A DNA stretch of 64,000 nucleotides. It comes from Salisapilia sapeloensis CBS 127946 (Eukaryota > Protista > Oomycota). Positions 1 through 10,025 of the stretch are shown piece by piece (position 1 is the stretch's first letter; each line of letters begins with the position of its first letter). Below the pieces are notes generated by a model. That model did not search any database and had not been told where the DNA came from. It saw only the letters and a program-made list of their open reading frames with translations. The position numbers and the translations under genes are program-made. The stretch is from NCBI GenBank assembly GCA_023334545.1, contig JAADVB010000071.1, forward strand, positions 9,296-73,295. The letters run 5' to 3'.

Positions 1-92
1 GAACTTGTTTATCAAAGACTTTAGCGGGTCTGCATTATAGCTACTAGAACTTTACGTCCATCGTATCACATCGGATTGAACGCAACGCCAGG

Positions 93-1543
93 ATGTTTGC
101 AAGGAGAGGTCGGCAAATGAGTACGCTCGCAGAGCGTGCTGCCCAGCGCGTCATTAAACGGATGAAGCCGACAATTGAGAACAACCCGAACCTGTGGCTC
201 GGTGCTGATGCCATTGTAATATTTGCTTACTTGTGCTCTCAGTGCCACGACTTACGGCTTGCATGGAACTAGAACGAACCGACGATCTCGATTTTGGACC
301 CAGCTCCTGGATACGCAGAGTTACTCGGTAGCAGTGCATCCAACAGTCAAGCCGATCCGTACGTACCATTGGAAGCATCCTGTCGCCTAATTATTCTCAC
401 ACATGTACAGGGCAGTAGGAAACGAACCGAACGTGGCAATCAAGCATCTCCACGTGCCGTCGAATGAGCTCACGGATCCATTCTACCGTGTCCAAGAAGA
501 TCTGTCCGACATCTCATCTAGCATCCGCTCCATCCTCACTTCTGATGGCTCGGACCACCCAGTCCTGTCGGCCGTCTCGAGCTACTTTTTCGAACATGAT
601 GGCGGGAAGAAAGTGAGACCAGCGATGGTCCTACTCGTATCCAAAGCCGCCGAAGCCCATCGCAAGCAGATCGTCTCCAATGACCTTCCGTCCGAATTTT
701 CGCCAGAGTTCGCCACAGCAGCACAGCGTCGACTAGCCGAGATCACCGAGATGATCCACACGGCGAGTCTGCTGCATGATGACGTGATTGACGAGGCAGA
801 TACTCGTCGTGGCGTGAAATCCGTGAACCGAGTCTTTGGTACCAAGCTGTCGATCTTGGCTGGAGACTTTTTACTCGCTCGATCGTCCGTCAGTCTAGCT
901 CGCCTCCGGTCTTTAGAAACCGTAGAGCTCATGTCGACTGCGATTGAACACTTGGTAAAGGGAGAAGTGATGCAGATGAAGGACGTGGATGAAGACGGAG
1001 ACATTTCGTTCTTTGAATACTACCTTCGAAAGAATTATTACAAGACCGGATCGCTCATGTCGAACAGTTGCCGAGCTGCTCTCGTCCTCGGTCATCATGA
1101 TGATGCAGTCTGTGACCTCGGGTTTGCCTATGGGCGCCACATTGGTCTTGCTTTCCAGGTACGATACACGACGACCAGGAGAGGACATAACGACTGACTT
1201 TTGTCTGGAATAGTTGATCGATGATGTCTTGGACTACGAAGGCACGCAGACGGGAAAGCCGATGCTGGCGGACCTAAAGGCCGGGTTAGCGACTGCCCCG
1301 GTCATTCTAGCCCAGGAAGAGTACCCTGTCCTTCGAAAACTTATTTCACGAAAGTTTAAGGAAGATGGTGACATTGAACAAGCGTCGGAGCTAGTGGAGA
1401 AGAGCTCTGGGCTTGAACGATCGAGGAGGTTGGCGACTGCCCAGGCAGAGTTGGCGTGTCAGGCAGCGATGCAATTCGCTCCATCAACTGCTCGGGATGC
1501 GCTCGTGCGACTTGCTCAAATTGTAGTCGAGCGATCCAAATAG
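93..1543 (+). CDS. COQ1: All-trans polyprenyl (solanesyl/decaprenyl) diphosphate synthase, 4 exons
   Basis: FARM LLHDDVID, SARM LIDDVLD, GGKKVRP and KTGSL motifs. Introns read by eye at 216-272, 359-410 and 1159-1213 (GT..AG, phases consistent) extend the ORF to ATG 93 (MFARRGRQMST..., presequence-like). Confidence 0.88.
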
Positions 1544-3622
1544 ATAGGGAAAATGCACAATCGTTTTTCTTGTTTTATGCGCTTGGTAGTGCTCGTCAAG
1601 TAGGAAAGTTTGTCGAGTTGGAAAGAGAAGCTCTTTGCCGTTGTCTTGATGAAGCAGACTTTTCAATTATTTATCTGAGGTTGTTATAGCAATGGCATTC
1701 CAGTTTGACGACACGATCGTCGATAAGGATGACAGTATCCTCTTTTATTACCTGCCACATGAGGCTATGATAGTCTAGTGTACATGGCTCTTGCTGAGCA
1801 GAGTCTACTTGGTTTGAATAGAAACTTGTATCGCTTGCTTCTGTTGTCGTAATGAATATACTATTGCTTTGATTGTGAATGAGCGAGATGAGTATTGCTT
1901 TAGCTGTTAAAGATATGAGGTATACTCCGTCCATTTAGATTATACGCGTGTGCTGCGAGTACTGGTCTGAAGTAGAAAGTACTTGTTTCACGCTTTCCAT
2001 GAAGATGCGAGTGAGAGATAAGTATGAAGCGGTATTAATTGGATTGTCAAGACATGAGCTACCTCAAAGAATGCCATGTTTTCCGTATCAACAGACTACT
2101 GAAAGTTACTTCTTCAGCATGGGAGCTGCATAGGCACCACTCCTGAAGAGAGCATTTCAAAAGGTATGTCACGCCCTCACCTCGTTCTGTTGACCCTTTC
2201 CACCTTGCAGGAAGTTGAGCACGAGTAGAAGACTGGCAAGGTAGGACAGAGTGTTTGCAACGTTAAAACGTTATTGCTGTTGCGTTATGACCGAAGTCTT
2301 TGTCAAGTTTCTACGTGACCATGTTCAACTTGTCAAGATATGATACTGATAATGTAGATGAGTGAGAACAAGAGCAAGCCAATTTCATAGCTCGTATAGA
2401 GAATCTGTAGAAGCTTACAAGAGAAGATTTGACGGCAGCAGGTATCCTACCAACCTAGTGTGGTTTTAGGTAGAATCTTGTTATGCCTTTAGCATGTTTT
2501 TCGTGAGCTTTGATGCCAAGGATGCCTACCTCATAATGACCAGCGTTATTGTAGCAAAGCTCCTCATGTTTCGGAAGTAGTGCAGTCTGATGGTAAGAAA
2601 ATCGTGACTCTGTTCATCTTTCCATTGAGCTTGTAAGGCACGTGCGTCTTAAAAGTTGAAGGTTCATTCCTGTCTATCAGATCACTCATCTGGACTTCGC
2701 TTTTTTTAAAAGTTGCACCATCATTCATGTGTTTCTGCAAGCAGATCACTGCTTAGTTCCAAGCTAAAATCCACGAAAAGATGACAGTGTCTTCCATCCT
2801 TGTTTGGTTTTACGTGGGGGTTCCATCAAAGTTCGATGTAAGTCTACTCGATCGGATGGAGCCGATACGAGTACTTGTTGGATAAACTATAAGGCCATTT
2901 AAAAAGGGCTTTCTAGCGTGCTTTCGTAGTGTGCTGTCGTATGCGTATTATTCGTTTTCGTGTACGAGTGCGACGTTGCCAGACAGTTTCATATTTAAAC
3001 AGAGTATCTGCCCCATGGTGGGTGCATCTACTGCCAAAAGCCGGATGTGCTTTAAATTGGAAACGAACTATTGTCATAGAATACTGAAACGAAGTATTTC
3101 GCTGCATCCCACAAAAATGCGCCGGCGTTGGCCTGTGCTGAGCCCACTCACACCAGGCAAGTAGTCAATTCCTCTCCTTCCCACTAGTATACATATAAAG
3201 GTTATTGGAGGAATTCTTTTCATGATGCAGAGATTGTGTCGCACCGGAATGCTTGTACTCACCTACTACTTGCCAGATACCTTCGGCAGCTTTACTCCAA
3301 CTCTGAGCGGACAAGATTTTATGCACGCAGATTGCTTGTGCTCGAAAAGGTTAGCAAGCAAACTCCAAGTTACCATACGGTTCGGATTGGTCCATAATCC
3401 AGCATGCAGAGACGATCATTGGTACAAAACCAACATTTTCCATCACTGATTACGTTTAGACTTTCAACCCTATCCCCATCGATCGATCGAATCCACCTTT
3501 TGGCATTTGGAAGAGCAATCGAATTTCCACTTCATTCTTGATCTTGCTGTGTTTCGCCAAAGCTCCAGCACAGCAGACGCCTCGATCACAACGCCCACGG
3601 CAGCTCTTCATTTGAATCGGAT

Positions 3623-5968
3623 ATGCTCTCGATTACCCAATTTCCTCGTCGATTCCCAGCGGTCAACAAGCGCCCGTTGGGCTCAAGTCTTGCACGCCGT
3701 GCCACCCAGGCCGTCACGTGCACCTGGATGCGTCAAGAAGCCGCCTTGACTGATGGCTCATCCCACATGCCTTTTTCCACCCTTCGTAATCCTCCTAAGC
3801 AAGTGATTGCAACGAAAGACTTGTCGACATCGCCCGTGTCTAGCATTGCTGTCAAGAATGCATGTCGCAAGAATGTTGGTTCATTGATACCAAACTTAAC
3901 TTATTCCAGGTCGCGCTCGTCCACGGCGTCTCCATCCGCTGTTGCTTCCGAAGACGACACGTACCTCTATGGTGAACGTAGCGAGGACTGGTACACCACG
4001 TCCTCTAGCCCGAAAAGTAACCCAAACTTTCCTGGCATCGTCGATGGACACCTCACATCATTAAATATGCCCAATCTGGCAACCTGCTCTCGTCAGGAGA
4101 TGCTAAACTACTTTGATAATACATGGGCGCTCACGGACGCGCTTTTCGCCAGTCTCCAAGGTGAAGAGGCGTTCCTCTCCGCTCCACCGCACGGTCTTCG
4201 TCATCCTCTCATCTTCTACTACGGCCATGCCACGAGCTTTTATGTGAACAAATTTCTTGTTTCTGGACTCATCGAGGAGCCTGTGAATGCCCACTACGAA
4301 CATATCTTTGAAGTTGGCGTTGACGAAATGCGGTGGGACGATATGAGCAAGAATGAAATGAACTGGCCAAAGGTTAGTGAAGTGCACGCGTATCGTAAGA
4401 CCGTGTACAAATTGATTCGAGACATCATTGAGACTCATCCTGGTTTGAACGACGGACATGAGCTGATTGACGAAAACCACCCGCTGTGGGCACTTAACAT
4501 GACGCTGGAGCACGACCGTATTCACCTCGAAACGTCTTCCATGCTCATGCAAGAGCACCCGCTGCACTTTGTCCGCAAGCCAGAGCTCCTTCCAGACTAC
4601 CACAAGACTGCGTACCGGATGTCAGTAGCCAAGCACCCAACAGTCGGCGAAGACTACCCTGCGAATGAACTCATCCCTGTGCAAGGTGGACAAGTCAAGG
4701 TCGGAAAGCCTCGAGACTACCCGTCCTACGGATGGGACAATGAATACGGAGAGCGCACCGTTGATGCTCCCTCCTGCCACGCCACAAGAGACCTCATTTC
4801 GAACGGTCAGTTCTGGGAGTTCGTCGCTGATGGAGGCTACCTTGAGCGCTCCTACTGGAGTGAAGAAGGCTGGGGCTGGAGATGTTTCCGTAACACCAAG
4901 TGGCCGCAGTTCTGGATTGCAGATGGACCTGCGGGCAGCCACCAGTACAAGCTCCGAGCGTTGTTCGATGAGATTGAAATGCAGTGGGACTGGCCAGCAC
5001 AAGTGAACTATCACGAAGCACAAGCTTTCTGTCGATGGAAGAACTTGCAGGATGGAAATACGCAAGAAAAGTTCTATCATGTGAACACGGAACCGATTCA
5101 TCAACTCATGCGCAATGGGTACGACAAGTCCGAGAATACCCAAAATGACATGAGTCTGCAGTCGTTGGAAAAGAACAAGTCTGTTGCCACACAACACCAG
5201 CGAAATCTAAGTGTCTCCCACCTGTCATTCACACCTGTAGACTCTTTCCCAGCATCTGACAATGGGTTCCGTGACGTATTTGGTAACGCGTGGGAGTGGT
5301 GTGAAGACAGCTTCGCACCGTTGCATGGCTTCCGTGTTCACAAGTACTATGATGACTTTAGCTCCCCGTGTTTCGATGGCGAACACCAGGTGATCATGGG
5401 TGGATCGTTCATCAGCAGTGGTGATAATGGCAGTAGCAAATTTGCTCGCTACCACTTCCGTCCACACTTTTTCCAACACGCTTCCTTCCGTCTCGTGTCA
5501 CAGGACATTGATGAGAAACACTTCATTACTTTGGCTACTACCGACGTGAATGCTCCTGAGCCTCACACCAAACCCGATCCGTTCCGTACGAGTGAACAAG
5601 TGCGTGTGGGTGTCACGGAAGATGAGCGACACAGCTACGAAACGCTCGTGGATGAAGTCCAGCGTCGCTCTGAGATGGCATTGAATGCCTTTGTACAGTC
5701 CATTGGTGATGCAGGCAATGACGAAAGTAGCTTCTTGGTTCGTGACGGCCTTGCAGGAGTGCAGCAACTGCGCGACCAGGTCGCTCCTGGTGAGTACCTC
5801 GTCGTCATCGTACCGGATGATGAAGTGTCCGAGATCGAATCCGTGCTTTCGGGTGAGTTCGACAAAGGCAAAGTGCAACGTGTTCCTGTCTTCCAGCCAG
5901 AGGAAGGTCAAGGCGGCGTGCTTTCTGCCCAGACTGCCATGGCTTGGAAAAGAAAAACCGTCGCGTAA
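3623..5968 (+). CDS. ovoA: 5-histidylcysteine sulfoxide synthase-like (OvoA family: DinB_2 + FGE-sulfatase), with eroded methyltransferase remnant
   Basis: RHPLIFYYGH, FEVGVDEMRWDD, EHDRIHLETSS (HxxxHxE), FGNAWEW, YYDDFSSPCFDGEH, RYHFRPHFFQHASFR are OvoA-type motifs; 781-aa uninterrupted ORF. Confidence 0.88.
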   Translation: MLSITQFPRRFPAVNKRPLGSSLARRATQAVTCTWMRQEAALTDGSSHMPFSTLRNPPKQVIATKDLSTSPVSSIAVKNACRKNVGSLIPNLTYSRSRSSTASPSAVASEDDTYLYGERSEDWYTTSSSPKSNPNFPGIVDGHLTSLNMPNLATCSRQEMLNYFDNTWALTDALFASLQGEEAFLSAPPHGLRHPLIFYYGHATSFYVNKFLVSGLIEEPVNAHYEHIFEVGVDEMRWDDMSKNEMNWPKVSEVHAYRKTVYKLIRDIIETHPGLNDGHELIDENHPLWALNMTLEHDRIHLETSSMLMQEHPLHFVRKPELLPDYHKTAYRMSVAKHPTVGEDYPANELIPVQGGQVKVGKPRDYPSYGWDNEYGERTVDAPSCHATRDLISNGQFWEFVADGGYLERSYWSEEGWGWRCFRNTKWPQFWIADGPAGSHQYKLRALFDEIEMQWDWPAQVNYHEAQAFCRWKNLQDGNTQEKFYHVNTEPIHQLMRNGYDKSENTQNDMSLQSLEKNKSVATQHQRNLSVSHLSFTPVDSFPASDNGFRDVFGNAWEWCEDSFAPLHGFRVHKYYDDFSSPCFDGEHQVIMGGSFISSGDNGSSKFARYHFRPHFFQHASFRLVSQDIDEKHFITLATTDVNAPEPHTKPDPFRTSEQVRVGVTEDERHSYETLVDEVQRRSEMALNAFVQSIGDAGNDESSFLVRDGLAGVQQLRDQVAPGEYLVVIVPDDEVSEIESVLSGEFDKGKVQRVPVFQPEEGQGGVLSAQTAMAWKRKTVA

Positions 5969-6080
5969 AGCGTACTAACGTCCTACTGACAGACATTCTT
6001 GCTCTTTCATAACACGACCTTGCAAAACAATGATGCTTTTACTCTACTTTATCATCTTTATACTTGCCAACCACGTTCAG

Positions 6081-9000
6081 TTAAGCATCTACACTTTCTC
6101 TTCCAGCAGGACATGCAGAGCTAGCGAATGGGCAGAATGCACATTCGATGAACTGAGGCTCTGGTGCAAACTCACCTCGACGCATACGCTTGACGATATC
6201 CTCTACCATTGTTTCCACTTCCTCAGCAAGATGAGGTTCATGCTCAATTCGATCATTTGCCTTTCCTAAGCTCTCGTCCTGCCTTCCAATAACTTCGACT
6301 GTTGCTGCATGAGGTGCTTGGCCGAATACTTTTTCGTACGCATACATATACAGCTTTAGCTGCAGTCGATCCTTACGGATGGCAGCTGCCCCTCTTGCCG
6401 TGCCGTTCATGCTTGTCTTGAATTCCTGGATAAATGCTTTGCCAGTTTTGCGATCACGATCTACGCGGTCCCATACGCCTTTCAATTGGACACCTGCTGC
6501 ATCTATGTCGACCGTAAAAGGTTCTTCCACTAGCTCCACGTGTGCATCTCGATGACGAGTACAAAAGGATAGAATATCACTCTCTCCTTGCTGCACCATC
6601 GTATCCACTTGATCTGGACCCCAGAGCAAGTAGTTATCTGTTTCCAGTGTCTTACGGAAGGTGCTAAAGGCTGCGTCAACTGCTTGATCAAAATCGGAAT
6701 TTTCAAGCGAAAACATAGATGAAAACGTTGCAACACCTTCATGTACAGCTCGACCATACATCATGGCAGTGTTAGGTGGCGTCGGTAGCTTCATCACTCG
6801 ACTCAGATAGTACCGATGAGGACATCGCAAGTACTCTTGTACTTGTGTAAAAGACAAATGGGACGGTTCATAGCTATCAAAGTGTCTACATCGTTGGTCC
6901 ATTTCGTCCTTACTTTCAATATCCTTTGGCACGTGGATTAACTCTTGGTCTTGTAGAAAGTAATCTTGAAAGTATCGACTCACTTGCTCCTTCTTCGACT
7001 TACCATTCGAAATATCTGCATAGGACACAACTACGCGTTTCGTTGGAAGCAAAAGTGCTTGTGCTAGTAGATCGTCACAACTGTTTAAAAGTTGCTGCCG
7101 ATTCTGAATCGGCTTTGGTGCTTTCATCAAAGCCTCTGGAAGTGGTAACGTTACGCGACTTAACCGACCAGGGAACTTGTTGTCCTTCATACACGCTAGA
7201 AACAGCGTCGACGTTTTCTCTACCACCGTTAACATCGATCGCATGGATAGAGGCAACACACGAATCGTCGGATATGTCGATTTTTCCACTGATGACGAGT
7301 CGTATAGAGGAGCTGGTACCCAAGCTGAGCGTAGTTTCATGAGGTACGGAACTACCAGCGGTGACTGATTACTTTGCACCATCCTCTCCGCAGTTTCAAT
7401 TTCACGAAGAAAGTCAGCAACAGCCACAACCTCCCGTTCTTCTTCACTGGTCGATGGGTCCAGAAGTTCTTTCGTACCACCTACACTGTCTGTGAGTAGA
7501 CTAGAGATACAACATTAGAGATAGAAAGACGTACCGGTGGCATCCAAGAAGGTTTGAATGATCTCCTGAACAGACATTTGATGACACTTATCTCTTAAGT
7601 CGTCAATTAGAGACAGAAACGCCGATGTTTTTTGTACTCCATCTTGAATCACATCTTCACCGAGTGCTAATCGTCCATCATTCGAGTACGAAGAGTACTT
7701 AATAGAAGCTCCGTTACTTTTGACAAATTTAGATAGTACGACTGACAGATCGACAGAGCTTTTGCTCTCGTGTTCCATCAGTACTGACAAGAGACTTGGT
7801 GGAAAGCTAAAGGATGGTGATCGGAGGACGTTGTATAGATAACTAGAGTCACTTGGATAACAAAGAGCGACGAGAAGAGAGTAAATCGTGTTCACACGAG
7901 GCTATGAAAAGTAGATTTAGCATTCTCAAGACCAGAATAGAGTAATGTAAACGTACCTCATCGAAAAGGTGATTGTCACCACGAAGACCATAGCCTTCTA
8001 CGTGAATACCCTGCTGGACTAAACTTCTCGAGACTCTCCGCACGTCCGGAAAACTCGGACACATGACCACCATCGATGCGTCATCACCTTTTCCATCATC
8101 CCATAGTTCCTTTATACGCTTTACGATGCCTCTTACTTCGTCCTCTGGTGTTGCATACGCAGAATATTCTACTCTAGGTCGATGCGAACTGTTATCGTCC
8201 ATCAGATCTTGAGTGGTACGAATCTGATGCTTCTCTTGAAGTACTGAAGCAAGCCTTGTCCCATTGGATTGATCTGTTTCAGACTCCACTTCAAACGTCG
8301 TAAGCTGTTGGATAGTCTTTGCTGAAGTTATATCTGCTATCAGATCGATCATGGCAGGAGTCATGGCCTGTAGATGTTCCACGGCGATATCTGTGTACTC
8401 TGTCATGACAGCCTTTAATAGCTCTTGCTCCTGTAATGTCTGAAGCACTACTCCATCCCATGTCGTTAGATTCTGATCATCTAGTAACGTACTAAGAGCA
8501 TGATAAGCTGCAGCTAACTTTGCATCGTCCAGTCCATTGTCCGTGCTCTGCAAGTCTTTCGATTCGGACGCGAAGGAGCTATAGGCCGACGGAGAGATAC
8601 CCTGCTGCTGTAGCAGCTGGAAGAATTTGACTAGTTCCTGTACAAAGCGACGCGTCTGCATCGAATCAGGAGATGTCCGGAAGCTTGGATGAAGGTCATG
8701 AAAGGCAGGTAAGGACTGCAGATTGTGAAGTATGAAGGCGCCAAGCTTGGAACTTGATACCATACGCTAAAAACAAATGAGTCGTGGAATCGATAGCGTG
8801 GTAAGCAAGAAGGAATGTACCCTATTTCGTCCACCTTCCTCCAATATCAATTGACACCACTCATGTAGTCCGAGAACGGTGTGTCCCTGTCGTTCAAGTG
8901 CATACAGTGGCATACGATCTTCTAGAGAGCGAGAAAGCGGTGCATCCTCACTGGACGTAGCTGTCAGCACTAGCCACCGCTTCTTATCTGCCTTTATTTC

Positions 9001-9195
9001 GTCTGTCTCCAACAACTCAGGAAGCATCCGAGCATTCACTTGCTTCTGCACCGCTGAAATGGATGCTGCTTGCACCTGAACATGCTTGCAACTTTCTCTA
9101 GCATTTCCAGCATACTCTCTACTTCTCAAAACCACAGAACGCAGCACATATCCACCATGCTTGGCGCTCCATCCCTGCCGGCCGACCCGAAGCAT
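6081..9195 (-). CDS. Degenerate UvrD/PcrA-like helicase fold fused to C-terminal RecB-family PD-(D/E)XK nuclease with 4Fe-4S cysteines (AdnA/AddB-like); about 4 exons
   Basis: Nuclease: YLRCPHRYY..YGRAVH, GVWDRVD..QEFKT, QLKLY, CAFCPFASSAC. The N-terminal part follows UvrD motif order (WLVLTATS, LGLHEWCQLIL, NLTTWDGVV, EDEVRGIVKRI..MVVMCP, LFDEPRV..LCYPSD). ORFs 8767-9207, 7849-8763, 7515-7895 and 6081-7427 can be joined by GT-AG introns near 8.8, 7.95 and 7.5 kb. Confidence 0.8.
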
Positions 9196-9301
9196 GAATA
9201 ATTGCAAAATATCATGTGGAAGCGTAAATTACAAATATATTTCCAAGTACAGTTGTGGTACAGAACGATTGGCTGCCAACCACTACGCTCGCATCAAAGT
9301 A

Positions 9302-9317
9302 GCTCACTCCATATTTT
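9302..9317 (+). promoter_or_regulatory. Oomycete-type Inr+FPR core promoter motif of RPS13 (reverse CCAAT, ATTGG, near 9268)
   Basis: GCTCACTCCATATTTT matches the oomycete consensus GCTCATTYBNNNWTTY with one mismatch and ends 18 nt before the RPS13 ATG. Confidence 0.45.
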
Positions 9318-9335
9318 TCATCCACTCGAGCAACC

Positions 9336-9988
9336 ATGGGACGCATGCACAGTCGTGGAAAGGGTATCTCCAAGTCGGCCAAGCCGTACAAGCGTACGCC
9401 TCCTTCGTGGCTGAAGGTGACGGCTGACGACGTCGAAGACCAGATCTGCAAGTTCGCCAAGAAGGGTCTTACGCCGTCGCAGATCGGTGTCATCCTCCGT
9501 GACTCGCACGGCATTGCCCAGGTCAAGAGCGTTACGGGCACCAAGATCGTCCGTCTTCTCAAGAAGAACGGTAAACTCTTTATTCTTTGCTAGCGTACTA
9601 TACACGAACTGACCAGCGTTATGTCTGTTTATCCACTTGGATTATCCCCACCCCACTCGATTGCATTGTGTTCATGCTCGGTATTACCTGGACGCACGAT
9701 AATTTCTAAAAATTATTCGTTTGACGTGGGGATATGCGGGTATTATGCAACTCAAACATCTTCTCAGGCCTTGCCCCGGAAATCCCGGAAGACCTTTACA
9801 TGCTCATCAAGAAGGCTGTGGCCGTCCGCAAGCACCTTGAGCGCAACCGTCAGGACAAGGACTCTAAGTTCCGTCTGATTCTTATCGAGTCGCGTATCCA
9901 CCGTCTCGGACGTTACTACCGTCAGACGCGTAAGCTTTCGCCGAACTGGAAGTACGAGTCCGCCACGGCCTCGACGCTTGTCGCCTAA
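9336..9988 (+). CDS. RPS13: 40S ribosomal protein S13 (uS15), one intron 9571-9767
   Basis: [20 protein letters not shown]...PEIPEDLY...[22 protein letters not shown]; the two ORF halves join through a GT..AG intron. Confidence 0.97.
9643..9734 (+). other. Putative structured RNA element inside the RPS13 intron
   Basis: Perfect 9-bp inverted repeat TATCCCCAC (9643-51) / GTGGGGATA (9726-34) encloses two further hairpins (CGA-tt-GCAT/ATGC-TCG; ACGATAATTT/AAATTATTCGT). Confidence 0.45.
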
Positions 9989-10025
9989 GTCTTTCACTTT
10001 CTAAGAAATGAAACGCTGTCCCATT

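Noticed and set aside
6081-6850. Cas4/CRISPR association of the Fe-S PD-(D/E)XK nuclease
   Set aside because: It is a spliced eukaryotic gene fused to a UvrD-like fold; there is no repeat-spacer array or cas gene in the window.
9571-9767. U14 snoRNA (hosted in vertebrate RPS13 introns)
   Set aside because: There is no box C (TGATGA) and no U14 domain A/B sequence in the intron.
9675-9770. TPP-riboswitch-like fragments on the minus strand of the RPS13 intron (CTGAGA, ATACCC, CCAGGTAATACC)
   Set aside because: They are antisense to the host gene, CTGAGA is simply the complement of the splice acceptor, the spacing does not fit the aptamer, and there is no thiamine-related context.
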